A stretch of DNA of 64,000 bases from an uncultured Victivallales bacterium (GCA_964651145.1 CAZYVR010000002.1:63-64062), one strand, 5' to 3'; counted from the stretch's first letter, positions 54,166-63,561 are shown. The notes: a model not told the origin generated them from the letters alone. Made by a program: numbers and translations.

Positions 54166-54561
54166 ATGGCAGGCAAAAGAAAACCGTTTGGCCTTCTTAG
54201 GGGAATCTTGAGCGATTGGTATGGAGAGAGGAGGGGGAATCTTGAGATGACTTCTCACTTGCCTTCCACTGTGCATATATCAGAGCCGCTTGAGAATGTC
54301 ATGGGCAAATTAATATCTCCTCAGGATATGAAATTAATTGAAATAAAAGACAAATGGGTGAATATTGCAGGCGCGCAAATTGCAAAGATCGCATCCCCTT
54401 TGGATATCAAAAGCAATATTTTGTACGTGGAAGTCGCCCATAGCGCATGGCTCAGAGAATTGAGGGGCGCTTCAAAAAAACTTTTGATCGAGAATATTAA
54501 CAGATTTTGCGGAAATGATTTTTGCAAAGACATTCGTTTTGTGCCATCTGGCGGACGTTAA
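54166..54561 (+). CDS. dciA: DUF721/DciA family replicative helicase loader-like protein
   Basis: KW..IAG..IA..A.P..I...IL.VEV.HSAW..EL......I..IN..CG....DIRF. Confidence 0.75.
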   Translation: MAGKRKPFGLLRGILSDWYGERRGNLEMTSHLPSTVHISEPLENVMGKLISPQDMKLIEIKDKWVNIAGAQIAKIASPLDIKSNILYVEVAHSAWLRELRGASKKLLIENINRFCGNDFCKDIRFVPSGGR

Positions 54562-54582
54562 ACAAATTTCAGGGGGAAATAT

Positions 54583-55005
54583 ATGGAAAATAATGAAGAA
54601 AACCCATTGCTTGAACTGCCACGCTCAAAGGTTAAAGTTTTTTTCACTGAATTGATGATTCGCGCGCTTGGCGGGGAAACTGTGGCAAGGCACAAACTTG
54701 ATGAAATTCAGGACGCCTGTCTCGAAAGAAAAGTCGATTCTGTGTCGATTTTTATTATTATTATTTCTCTTTCGGGAGTCGTTTGCTCCAAAATTTTTAT
54801 TCCTTCCCAATTATGGGGATGGCTGACTTGCGTCTTGTTTGGCCTCGTGGCATGTTTCTTCCTGATGATGATATATAAATGGCAACTGAAGCTTTCCCTG
54901 AAGCATGGGGAAGTGTCTTATGATGTAGTTGATTCATATGAGGAGGCAAAAGGCTTTGTTGTTTCCCTAAGAAGCCTTATCGATAGAATAAATAAAACTA
55001 ATTAA
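54583..55005 (+). CDS. Hypothetical two-TM membrane protein
   Basis: Two hydrophobic helices; good RBS; co-oriented with neighbours. Confidence 0.65.
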   Translation: MENNEENPLLELPRSKVKVFFTELMIRALGGETVARHKLDEIQDACLERKVDSVSIFIIIISLSGVVCSKIFIPSQLWGWLTCVLFGLVACFFLMMIYKWQLKLSLKHGEVSYDVVDSYEEAKGFVVSLRSLIDRINKTN

Positions 55006-55011
55006 AATAAA

Positions 55012-55569
55012 ATGTTTGAAATGATGACAACAGAAGATATACCTGCTACTATTATCGGGCATGTTCCGGGCTTTGTCTGGATGCCAGTGAGAACAAAACC
55101 AAGAAGAGAAAAGAAAGTGGCCGAGTTTTGCGCGGCAAACAATATTTTATGCTACCTACCTTTGAGAAAAAGCGTGCGCCGTTACGAAAGAAGGACTGTT
55201 ACTTTTAATATCCCTATGTTTCCGAGCTATATTTTTTGCAATCTTAATGAAGCCAAATTCCAGCGCCTTTTGCACTCCAACGCCATTCTTTTCAAAATAA
55301 AGCTTGATGAGAGAGATGAGGAAAAGCTCATTGAAGAGCTCAGAGCAGTGCGCGCTCTTGAAACAATTTCAGCGGAGACGGACGTAGCGGTGAAGCCGGA
55401 GCTCGTTAAGGGAACGAAAGTCCTTATTCAGACTGGCGTGATGAAAGGCCTGCAAGGCATCATTGAGCGTCGGAAAGGCAAAGCATTGATATCGGTGAAT
55501 ATTGAACTTCTTGGACAATCTGTGTCGGCTGAAGTAGATGTTGAGGATGTGGCTCTTGACGAGGATTGA
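55012..55569 (+). CDS. NusG paralogue (RfaH/UpxY-like transcription antiterminator)
   Basis: W...RTKPRREKKVA.......I.CYLP.......Y.......P.FPSYIF (NGN); KOW G.KV.I..G...GL.G.I. Confidence 0.88.
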   Translation: MFEMMTTEDIPATIIGHVPGFVWMPVRTKPRREKKVAEFCAANNILCYLPLRKSVRRYERRTVTFNIPMFPSYIFCNLNEAKFQRLLHSNAILFKIKLDERDEEKLIEELRAVRALETISAETDVAVKPELVKGTKVLIQTGVMKGLQGIIERRKGKALISVNIELLGQSVSAEVDVEDVALDED

Positions 55570-55576
55570 CCAATAG

Positions 55577-56311
55577 CTATTTTATTGGGCGGGTGTAAAT
55601 AGAGCCTTGGGCTATCCCGGAATCGTTCTGTTTGCCGAAGTTCAGCAGCATGATGGCTGGAGGATTTTTTCTGATAAAAACATCGCCTTTTCCAGAAAGG
55701 CCGGAGGTGCTTTCATTTGTCACTGGACTCCAGCCGCTTGAGCTTAAGATGCCAACAAGCTCCGTGACTCCGTGAACAGGCTCATAAGGCACTGAAAAAA
55801 TTCCGTAATAAGCCTCTCTATTTTGCAAATACATATAAGTTATTGGAGTCGCGCTTGCCGGGAGCGGCAACGCGCTTGGCCAGTCAAAGTTTTGCGGCAT
55901 ATTAGCCGGAATATCCATGGCAAACTGAATTGTCGGATACGCGCTTCCGCCTATCTGAATAATGTAAATGCGCCGAATAGTTTTACTGGAAAGCTTTACA
56001 GACACTAGAGCTGATGTCGGATTGGACTTAAAAACAGCCTTGGGGTAAAGCTTTCTCAATTTCGCCAGGCAGTCTGTCAGGTTCTCTCTTACAAGGCTGA
56101 GCCCCAGAGACAGCTTTACGCCATTTATCACCACCGGTTCATTCCAGAGCTTGTTAGGCGACAATGCCTCATCCAATGCATATGGCGACGCGGCGGAACC
56201 TCCCTTTCTAGAAAAAGGCCACAATGAAAACACATCAGCATGAAGGCTGGCAGCGGCAAGCGAGAAAGTCAGCAAAAGCAAAGCCAAAGTTGGCAAACGG
56301 GTTCCACGCAT
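55577..56311 (-). CDS. Exported hypothetical protein
   Basis: Signal peptide ending LHA; last gene of the ABC operon. Confidence 0.7.
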   Translation of the reverse strand: MRGTRLPTLALLLLTFSLAAASLHADVFSLWPFSRKGGSAASPYALDEALSPNKLWNEPVVINGVKLSLGLSLVRENLTDCLAKLRKLYPKAVFKSNPTSALVSVKLSSKTIRRIYIIQIGGSAYPTIQFAMDIPANMPQNFDWPSALPLPASATPITYMYLQNREAYYGIFSVPYEPVHGVTELVGILSSSGWSPVTNESTSGLSGKGDVFIRKNPPAIMLLNFGKQNDSGIAQGSIYTRPIK

Positions 56312-56329
56312 TTTTCATCTCCGTTAACG

Positions 56330-57115
56330 CTATATCAAATCTCTGTTTTTCAAACGCAAAGCCGCAATTGCCAGAAGAATGACAGTTATGGACAAAGAGT
56401 AAAGCAAGAGAGAAAATGGGACAATGCCGATTAGTTGTGAATTCTGAAAATAGTAAATGAAGTTTGGGAAAAAATAATAGAACACAAGCAAATAAGCTTC
56501 AATTCCACTGCTCATGCTTTTCGGCAACAAGGCAACAAAAATAGGAATTGCGCTTACGGCCAGCGAAAAAATAAGATAAACCACAACTATAATCATTGCG
56601 CTGACATCGCCAAGGAAAGATGAAATTGCAACAGTCAAAGCAGTAAGCGGCAACAAGGCAAGGAGAAGATAGAATTGCTTGAGCATAACGCCGATAGGAT
56701 ATAATTCTCCAGCTAAAATAAAATGGGTGATAAATATAGTCAACTCAGTTGCCGCAAAAAGTATAGCGCACAACAAAAAAACGCCCAAATATTTTCCAAT
56801 AAGATATTCTGTTTTGCTGATAGGCTTTGATATCACCAGCATAATCATTCCGGTGTCTATGTCGCGAGGAATTTCCGTTGCGCCAGTGAACACGGCCATT
56901 ATCAGGGCTATGCCAATGCCGAAAAAAGAACTGGTCATTAAAGGATATCCTTTGGAAGACGCAAGTATTTGCGACAGGAGTCCGTTTCCTGCCTGGTCTT
57001 CCGCAAGCGGGTCTATTCCGGCAACCATATAGCCCAGCAGTATTCCAATGCATAGCATCATTGTAAAAGCAGGCTCTTTCATCTTTCTGACTGTAAGTTC
57101 AATAACTCCAAACAT
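56330..57115 (-). CDS. ABC-2-type transporter permease (PilI/XapB-like)
   Basis: EIPRDIDTG.IML.ISKPISK.EYLIGKYLG; six TM segments. Confidence 0.85.
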   Translation of the reverse strand: MFGVIELTVRKMKEPAFTMMLCIGILLGYMVAGIDPLAEDQAGNGLLSQILASSKGYPLMTSSFFGIGIALIMAVFTGATEIPRDIDTGMIMLVISKPISKTEYLIGKYLGVFLLCAILFAATELTIFITHFILAGELYPIGVMLKQFYLLLALLPLTALTVAISSFLGDVSAMIIVVVYLIFSLAVSAIPIFVALLPKSMSSGIEAYLLVFYYFFPNFIYYFQNSQLIGIVPFSLLLYSLSITVILLAIAALRLKNRDLI

Positions 57116-57835
57116 TTATTTTTGCCCCTTTGTATTCAGGTCGTTCAACATTTGCTCGTTAATTACAGTTTCAATACTGCGATATTCAAGAGATTTGGTT
57201 TCTTTCTTTCTGGCTTTAGCGTAAAGGTCTGTTTTTTTCATCTTGCCAGCCAAAAGGGCAATCTTGTCATAAAGTGATGAGTAGTCTTTATATTCCGGCT
57301 TAATTGTCATCAAAGGCATAAGGAATTCAAGGCTTTTCTGATCTGACGCCTTTTTCTGGTTGAGCTTAGCCAATCCCATGGACCACATATAATACTGGTC
57401 TATTTGCGGGAATTTTTTTATGTAGTCCTGATATTCTTTAATAGAAAGCTTTTTTCTTGTCTCAGGATTCAGGAGAAAAAACAGGTAGGCCCTGACGGTG
57501 CCTTTTTCCGAAGGATATTCTTTTATGACCTGTTTTAACAGGTTTTCCTTTTCTGACTCATCCTTCATTATCCCAGCCAGGCTGCATTTAGAGTAAGCTC
57601 GCTCAGAATCAGTGCTTGCCTTGGCTATGGAGTCTTTTATTTGTCCCACCTGAACTTTGTGGTCAATGGAGTCTCGTATGTAACCGGGCATTTCCGCCAG
57701 CACGGCGTCTATATTAACGCTGTCAGGCGCAATTCCAGAGACTATTGCTTGTCTTAATATGGACTCAGAACAGAAGTAAATAAAAAAAGCCGGAACAAGG
57801 ATTAAAATTGCTCCGGCTTTTATGTTTTTTTTCAT
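57116..57835 (-). CDS. Membrane-anchored helical-repeat (TPR-like) hypothetical protein
   Basis: N-terminal TM helix, helical charged body; within the ABC operon. Confidence 0.65.
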   Translation of the reverse strand: MKKNIKAGAILILVPAFFIYFCSESILRQAIVSGIAPDSVNIDAVLAEMPGYIRDSIDHKVQVGQIKDSIAKASTDSERAYSKCSLAGIMKDESEKENLLKQVIKEYPSEKGTVRAYLFFLLNPETRKKLSIKEYQDYIKKFPQIDQYYMWSMGLAKLNQKKASDQKSLEFLMPLMTIKPEYKDYSSLYDKIALLAGKMKKTDLYAKARKKETKSLEYRSIETVINEQMLNDLNTKGQK

Positions 57836-57854
57836 ATCAATCTTGTATCAGCGG

Positions 57855-58859
57855 TTACTTAGTCTTTTTGCCAGCTTTGGCCTTGGGTTTGGCCACTTTG
57901 GCTTTTACCACTTTGGCTTTTGCGCCCGAGTCTGTTTTATATCCGCATTTGTGACAGCAACGGCCTTTTAGAACAGTCTTGCACTTGGGACACTGTCCAT
58001 AAACCACAACTACTTCCCCGCAGGCAGAGCAGTATTTGTCGCCAGCGACATAAGTCGTGAGACAGGCAGTGCAAATATGCTTGTCCTTGAAGACTTGCTT
58101 CATGATATCATTTGTCAATCCCTGAACTTTCTGGTCATTGGGATACTCTTTTTTTGCTTCCTGGGCAGCTTTGAGCAATCTTTGGCTTATATCTGGAATA
58201 ATGGAGACGTCCATTTCTCTGGAACCGTCCGACTTTTTCCATTCGTCCATAAGGACTTCAAGCATCGCCGCTTTGTCATTTTTTAGGTTTTTGGATTTGG
58301 CAAGAGCGCGAAGGTAGCTGTTAACCACGTATTTTTCAGGAGAGGCTGACCTTTTTATTGCCTTGCGATAGAAATCAACAGCGAGCTGATATCTTTCAAG
58401 CTTTTCCTGCTCCGAAAGTTTTTTGTTGAAATTGCTGCTGTGTGTAAGAATAAAACCGGCATAAAAAGGCAATTTCCAATTGTTCTTCAGTTGCGGATTG
58501 TCGCAAGCTTTTCCAAGGAGTTTGACAGCCTGAAGCGGAGACTCAATAGACAGAGACATCACGCCAACCTGATAGGCCTTTTCAAAATTTGGATCATATG
58601 AAATGATTTTTTCAACGCGACGGATAACTTCATCCACGTTATTTTTGTCGACAGACTTTAATCCGCCCATATAGTTGATGAAAAGCATCCATTCCATGTC
58701 AGAAGCAAATTTGTGAAAGCCGCCGACTGGCGCTTTCGACATAAGCGCTTTTGAAGGACACAACTCGAGTTGTTTTTTATGCAGATACCCTCCTAGAGAG
58801 CCAGCAAGAAAAACCGCAACAATTATTACAATGATATGACTTACTACAGACTTTTTCAT
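57855..58859 (-). CDS. PilG/XapA-like TPR protein with a C-terminal double zinc ribbon
   Basis: ASD.EW..FINY.G; I..YDPNF..AY..G...LS; A..LL.K....P....W.LP..AGF; four CxxC motifs (CTAC, CSAC, CPKC, CHKC). Confidence 0.7.
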   Translation of the reverse strand: MKKSVVSHIIVIIVAVFLAGSLGGYLHKKQLELCPSKALMSKAPVGGFHKFASDMEWMLFINYMGGLKSVDKNNVDEVIRRVEKIISYDPNFEKAYQVGVMSLSIESPLQAVKLLGKACDNPQLKNNWKLPFYAGFILTHSSNFNKKLSEQEKLERYQLAVDFYRKAIKRSASPEKYVVNSYLRALAKSKNLKNDKAAMLEVLMDEWKKSDGSREMDVSIIPDISQRLLKAAQEAKKEYPNDQKVQGLTNDIMKQVFKDKHICTACLTTYVAGDKYCSACGEVVVVYGQCPKCKTVLKGRCCHKCGYKTDSGAKAKVVKAKVAKPKAKAGKKTK

Positions 58860-58874
58860 TATAGCAGTTCCTTT

Positions 58875-59606
58875 TTATTTAACATCTTTGTATCTGAAAA
58901 TAAGACTTGCAAGCGAGATTGCAAAACAACTGAACAAGAAGCCCCAAATTATAACAAGTCCCAAATAACTCCAGGACAACCTGTCGCTGTAAACGGCAAA
59001 AGCCTTGAAATTGAACAATTCAAGATCAGGAAGAACGCCAGCGTAGATATAAGGAATATTGGAAATCGCTTGCGTTGAATAAGCGAACCATATTGCTATA
59101 ACAGTAATAATGGGCGTTATCATTTCAGGCACAAACACAGAAAAGAACACTCCGAGCGCCGTCATTGGAATGACGCTGGCTGCGATAAGCAGATGCGCCT
59201 GAAGCATTGAGAGAGCCATTTTTTCGGTGAAAGCGAAATTGTAAATAATAAAGAAACCTGCGATTATGATCAGAGAAACGACAAGGCCAGTTACTACTGT
59301 GCCCAGCGCCTTGCCTATTAGATACTGCGTCCGTCCCAAGGGCTTGGAGAGGATTGTGGAAGCCACACCTTCTCTTAACTCCTTTGGGATTTCGAAGGTC
59401 ATTGAGATTACGACTAGAACGATCGCGATAGTGTTCAGCACAAGCGAAACATCAATCATTAACGGTTTGTGTTCCTGCATTGACAGCACATCATAATTTA
59501 ATGCGCTCGCAATCAGAATCAAGACACACAAAATAAGGAAGTACACTGAGCGCATCCTTAAAATTCTGCGCCACGTCCCACTGGCAATTGCGATAATTTC
59601 ATTCAT
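58875..59606 (-). CDS. ABC-2-type transporter permease (PilI/XapB-like)
   Basis: EIPKELREG...TILSKPLGRTQYLIGKALG; six TM segments. Confidence 0.85.
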   Translation of the reverse strand: MNEIIAIASGTWRRILRMRSVYFLILCVLILIASALNYDVLSMQEHKPLMIDVSLVLNTIAIVLVVISMTFEIPKELREGVASTILSKPLGRTQYLIGKALGTVVTGLVVSLIIIAGFFIIYNFAFTEKMALSMLQAHLLIAASVIPMTALGVFFSVFVPEMITPIITVIAIWFAYSTQAISNIPYIYAGVLPDLELFNFKAFAVYSDRLSWSYLGLVIIWGFLFSCFAISLASLIFRYKDVK

Positions 59607-59767
59607 TATTACCGACCCTTTCTTTCTCTTTTATTTATTTTATTAATTTAAGATAGAATAGCCTTTAAAACTATGGTTTTACAGGAACATTTTAACAATT
59701 CTATTGCTTTATTTTTCAAATTGATTCTCCCCTGCAAAAACTATATTCTAAGAAAACACAATGAATA

Positions 59768-60706
59768 CTAACGTCCTTTCTCGTTCTTTTCAATAAGTCT
59801 AAAGAAAAAATTTTCAAGGTTTTCTCTTGAAGGAGTAATTGTTATTCCCCCAGGATTTGCCTCTTTTAGCTTGTTCAAGCGCTCGCTTATTTTTTTGTTG
59901 TTTTGAAAAACAAGCTCCCAGCCACCGTTGTTAAGCCTGTGGCTGCTGGCTGCGTCTGTCATCAAATCCTTGGCTATTTCTTCATTGCCAGGGCTTATAT
60001 TAACTCGCTCTCCGACTTCTGACAGCAATTCATGAAGAGGTCCTGAGCACAATAAATTGCCCTTGGACAGGACTCCAATATGATCGCATATTCTCTCCAC
60101 GTCGGAAAGAATATGACTGCAGAAAAAGACATTGGTTCCCGCGCTTTTCTGCTCAAATATGATGTCTTTCAACTCCTGCCTTCCATGCGGATCGAGCCCC
60201 ACCAGAGGTTCGTCCAATATCAGGAGTTCTGGTTTATTGAGTATGGCTTGAGCAATTCCTATGCGCTGTATCATGCCTCGTGAAAATCCGCCAAGTTTGG
60301 ATTTGGCATGTTCAGTCATGCGCACTGCTAAAAGGACTTCTTCTATCCGCTTTTTGCGTTCGTTTGAGGGTATTCTAAGCAGTTTTGCGCAAATATTAAG
60401 GAATTCATATGCCTTTAAGTATGGGCTGAATGCCGGGGCGTCGGGAAGAAATCCTATTTTTCTTTTGGTTTCAATGTCGCCGATAGGCTTGCCCAGCAGA
60501 GTGGCAGAGCCGGTTGTCGGTCTTATCAAATCCATAAGGAGTTTTATTGTCGTTGTTTTGCCGGCTCCATTCGGGCCAAGAAAACCAAAAACACTCCCTT
60601 TTGGGATTAAAAGATTAAGGTTATTAAGCGAAGGAACGCTTTTTTTCCAAAACAACCACCCATAAACTTTAGAAAGATTTTCTGTCTGTATTACGTAATC
60701 ATCCAT
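59768..60706 (-). CDS. ABC transporter ATP-binding protein (PilH/XapD-like)
   Basis: GFLGPNGAGKTTT, FSRGMIQRIGIAQA, LDEPL.GLDP.GR, FCSHILSDVE. Confidence 0.93.
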   Translation of the reverse strand: MDDYVIQTENLSKVYGWLFWKKSVPSLNNLNLLIPKGSVFGFLGPNGAGKTTTIKLLMDLIRPTTGSATLLGKPIGDIETKRKIGFLPDAPAFSPYLKAYEFLNICAKLLRIPSNERKKRIEEVLLAVRMTEHAKSKLGGFSRGMIQRIGIAQAILNKPELLILDEPLVGLDPHGRQELKDIIFEQKSAGTNVFFCSHILSDVERICDHIGVLSKGNLLCSGPLHELLSEVGERVNISPGNEEIAKDLMTDAASSHRLNNGGWELVFQNNKKISERLNKLKEANPGGITITPSRENLENFFFRLIEKNEKGR

Positions 60707-60805
60707 TTTGAAAAAATATCAGCAGGAAATATGTTCGTCCCCACTGTCCTCCTGTAATAATAAATTAACACAAAACTCTTATAAAATCAAGGACGATCTT
60801 ATAAA

Positions 60806-61279
60806 TTATTTTTTAGGCAATTCCATTGATACGCCAAGATTAAAAGAACCTATGTCTTTTATGTGCATGGGGGCAATAAAAAAAGGATTTCCTGCTTTTG
60901 CGTAAAATCTGGCGCTTTTTCCGAGAACCACAGATGGCAATGACAAGTCTATTCTGTACTCATTGATCTTGGCGTCGGCCGCGCCTGCAATGATATTTAC
61001 AATTTCGCCCCATCCGTCCATTAAGTCACAATTAACTGTCTCTATTTCCTCCATTAGAAAAGAGCCCACCAGTTTCATGCCAGTGTCCAGGGGGGTGGTC
61101 AACATAACGGCTCCTTTTACATCGCCAGTGAGCCCGCAAATTGCCATAAGGTCGTCTGCCGACACTATCTCGCCGCCAACCTTTCTGATTTCTCCGCATC
61201 TGTGGAATGTTATATTGCACATCGAAAGGAAAGTTTCCTGGGTCGCTTCTATAAAAGCGTTAAGATGTTCAGCTTTCAT
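60806..61279 (-). CDS. cheX: CheX-family chemotaxis phosphatase-like protein
   Basis: NAFIEAT.ETF, GLTGDVKGAV, DGWGEIVNIIAG, LSLPSVV.G. Confidence 0.85.
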   Translation of the reverse strand: MKAEHLNAFIEATQETFLSMCNITFHRCGEIRKVGGEIVSADDLMAICGLTGDVKGAVMLTTPLDTGMKLVGSFLMEEIETVNCDLMDGWGEIVNIIAGAADAKINEYRIDLSLPSVVLGKSARFYAKAGNPFFIAPMHIKDIGSFNLGVSMELPKK

Positions 61280-61437
61280 TTTTCCCCACAATTTTTTAGT
61301 TTATTACAATACTATCTTAGAAATTAATAGAGCGCCAATTCGCGAAAAATTCAAAAAAAGTTTAAAATTCAGTTAAAAGTAGAAAGTGGGAAAGTAGTAA
61401 AGATGGAGCCGCCAAAAGTCCCGGGAGCTGGCGCTCC

Positions 61438-61556
61438 AACAAGCCGCAGGCTTTTAACGCGCCATTTGCGCTGTCGCGCAATCTCCTATATGCCAACAGC
61501 TTTAGGCTTTGCCCACCAGCGATTCCGCCGCTGAATGGCGTCCGGACTTAGTCCGG
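61438..61556 (-). repeat. Structured motif, copy B (no TIRs)
   Basis: Minus strand ccggactaagtccggacgc cattcagc ggcggaatc gctggtg ggcaaagcc taaagctgtt...gcgcgacagc gcaaatggcgc gttaaaagcctgcggcttgtt; same motif order as 30113-30251. Confidence 0.7.
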
Positions 61557-61559
61557 TTT

Positions 61560-62318
61560 TTATTCCGGCTTTGTCGGGGTGACTTTCAGCACGGAGTCAT
61601 CATAGGACGCGACAATGCTCTGGCCCGGTTGCACAATAAGGAACTCATTTTTGTCCCATTTGCCGTCCATAAATCTTTGCAGTAATGAAAGGTCGCCTTT
61701 TATTTTTTCAAATTCCCATCCGTTTGTCCTGGCCTCGTTTCGGCTGAAGTCTTCAAAGCGGCCGTCAGAGTCCATGCCCATTTCTATAAAGGCGAAACGG
61801 CTGTAATTGTGAGCGGGATCGCAAAGAGTTTCGCAAAGATATTGGGCATTGTCCTCGCCGTATTCACGAACAAGCTCTTCGTAGCTGAGATCCATTCCTG
61901 ACTTGCGCTGAATAGATTGCCGCTTAAGCTCATCCGTTGTTTCAGAGCGCTCAATCCAGCCGGCAGTGTGAAAATATACGCCGGGATTTGCATTGAAATA
62001 ATCGGAATATTTTTGGCGGCTTCCCATAAAAACTGTTATGCAATCATGCGCTTTGGGAATGACCAGCGGCACGGTTCTCGCTTTCAGGCCAACCGCGGCG
62101 TTATTGCACAACGCATAGCCTAGAAGGATATAATTATAGCCCAACGCCGGATCAGAGGACGCATCAATGGCTTCTTGAAGCCGGGCGGCCATGTCTTTTG
62201 TTTCAATGTCATGCAAGCCTCTGGAAAGGAATTCCACATCGATTTTGTTTATTGAACGGGCCGCGACATGGCATATCTCGCGAAAAAAAACATTGCAGGC
62301 TATTGTTTTTAAGTTCAT
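61560..62318 (-). CDS. DUF1638 family protein
   Basis: IAC.VF.RE, GLH, ILLGYALCNNA..GL, PKAHDCITVFMGS...Y; WI; G.L..L.....G.W. Confidence 0.85.
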   Translation of the reverse strand: MNLKTIACNVFFREICHVAARSINKIDVEFLSRGLHDIETKDMAARLQEAIDASSDPALGYNYILLGYALCNNAAVGLKARTVPLVIPKAHDCITVFMGSRQKYSDYFNANPGVYFHTAGWIERSETTDELKRQSIQRKSGMDLSYEELVREYGEDNAQYLCETLCDPAHNYSRFAFIEMGMDSDGRFEDFSRNEARTNGWEFEKIKGDLSLLQRFMDGKWDKNEFLIVQPGQSIVASYDDSVLKVTPTKPE

Positions 62319-62325
62319 TGGTTTT

Positions 62326-63210
62326 TTATTTGTCGCAAAAGACTATTCCGGCATAACTTACGCAATGCGAATAGTCTCCTGACATTTCTCCCGAAGTTGC
62401 ATATGCCGCCAATTCGGCTTTTACTGTCTCTTTTCCTTTGATCTTGTCCAGAACTGCTAGAAGAATCCGTATCGGATTTGCGCCGCAGACAGTGGCTCCT
62501 GTGCTGTTTATGTACTCATCAAAACCCTTAAAATCCAAAGATAGAATTTTGTCGGCAGCTCCATGATCCAGCTTGCTGAGGTTTTCTGGAATGTCTTTGG
62601 CAAAGGGCACATAATTGAAAGAATGCCCATAATGGGTAAAGTCAGAGCTGATTACCCATAAAGTGTCTTCATTCCAGAAATCAATCAAAGTATCCGCCAG
62701 CGCATTGGCCATTTCAATATTTATGCTTCCGCAAATCAAAGGGATAAGTTTAAAGTCGTTAAAGAATGATTGAAGCAAAGGCAACTCGACTTCGAGTGAA
62801 TGTTCATCGGCGTGCGCTTCATTGAGCTCTTGAATAAAGGGGCAATCGCAAGAGGATATTTTGTCAACGGCTTCCCTGTCCACAGGAATATTGCCCAGCG
62901 GAGTCCTGTAATCAGAGTAATCAGCGGTTGCCAGTCCTTGCATCGGGACTTGATGCGTGGGAGCAATAACTAGAATTCTTTTGTAAGTTTTTTCCCGCGC
63001 CACGCTAATGGTTGTTGTTGCGGTTTGGCCGGAATATACGTAGCCGGCATGTGGCAGGATTACTGCGCGAACCGAACCTGTTTTCTGCCCGTTTGCGGAC
63101 TTAAGGGCATTTTCTTTCATGCTTTCAATGACGCTGTGAAGTCTTGCCGGATCTCCTTCATAAAACTGACCGGCAACGGCAGGTTGTCTTACTTTGGAAC
63201 TGAAAGTCAT
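62326..63210 (-). CDS. amrB: AmmeMemoRadiSam system protein B (MEMO1 family)
   Basis: VRQPAVAGQFY, PHAGYVYSG, P.H, Y.TPLG, EHSLEV.LP.LQ, ISSDFTHYG, T.CG..PI, VSYAG. Confidence 0.92.
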   Translation of the reverse strand: MTFSSKVRQPAVAGQFYEGDPARLHSVIESMKENALKSANGQKTGSVRAVILPHAGYVYSGQTATTTISVAREKTYKRILVIAPTHQVPMQGLATADYSDYRTPLGNIPVDREAVDKISSCDCPFIQELNEAHADEHSLEVELPLLQSFFNDFKLIPLICGSINIEMANALADTLIDFWNEDTLWVISSDFTHYGHSFNYVPFAKDIPENLSKLDHGAADKILSLDFKGFDEYINSTGATVCGANPIRILLAVLDKIKGKETVKAELAAYATSGEMSGDYSHCVSYAGIVFCDK

Positions 63211-63522
63211 GACTTTACCTCATTGATTATGTTAGCGTTACGCTCTGCTGATAATACTTTTTTATGCTCTAAGAGCCATTAAAAAGTTGCGGATTCAAGC
63301 CTGAGTTCACAACAATAACTAACTTTTAGAATGCGCTTGCGTATAACTTTCCGCTTTTTGCCGTTGTTTGCAAGCCAAAGGCGTTCTTTATTTTAATTTT
63401 AAATAAATAAAAAAAGCCCGGCGCAGTTGCAATTTTAAGGCCTTTTTTTTAGATTCAAGCTATATTTGACCACTCTTTTGCTCTTAACTGACTTATAGAA
63501 AAGGTGTTAATCCACCCCTGTG

Positions 63523-63561
63523 TGCGATGGAATGGTCATGCGATGGTTATGGGTGCGATGG
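63523..63561 (+). repeat. Three short direct repeats of TGCGATGG
   Basis: TGCGATGG at 63523, 63539 and 63554 (16 and 15 nt period). Confidence 0.6.

Noticed and set aside
61414-61427. AAAAGTCCCGGGAG resembling the guanidine-I riboswitch 3' end
   Set aside because: The upstream CUAGGGUUCCG and GGUCCGAG elements are missing, and no downstream gene lies in that orientation
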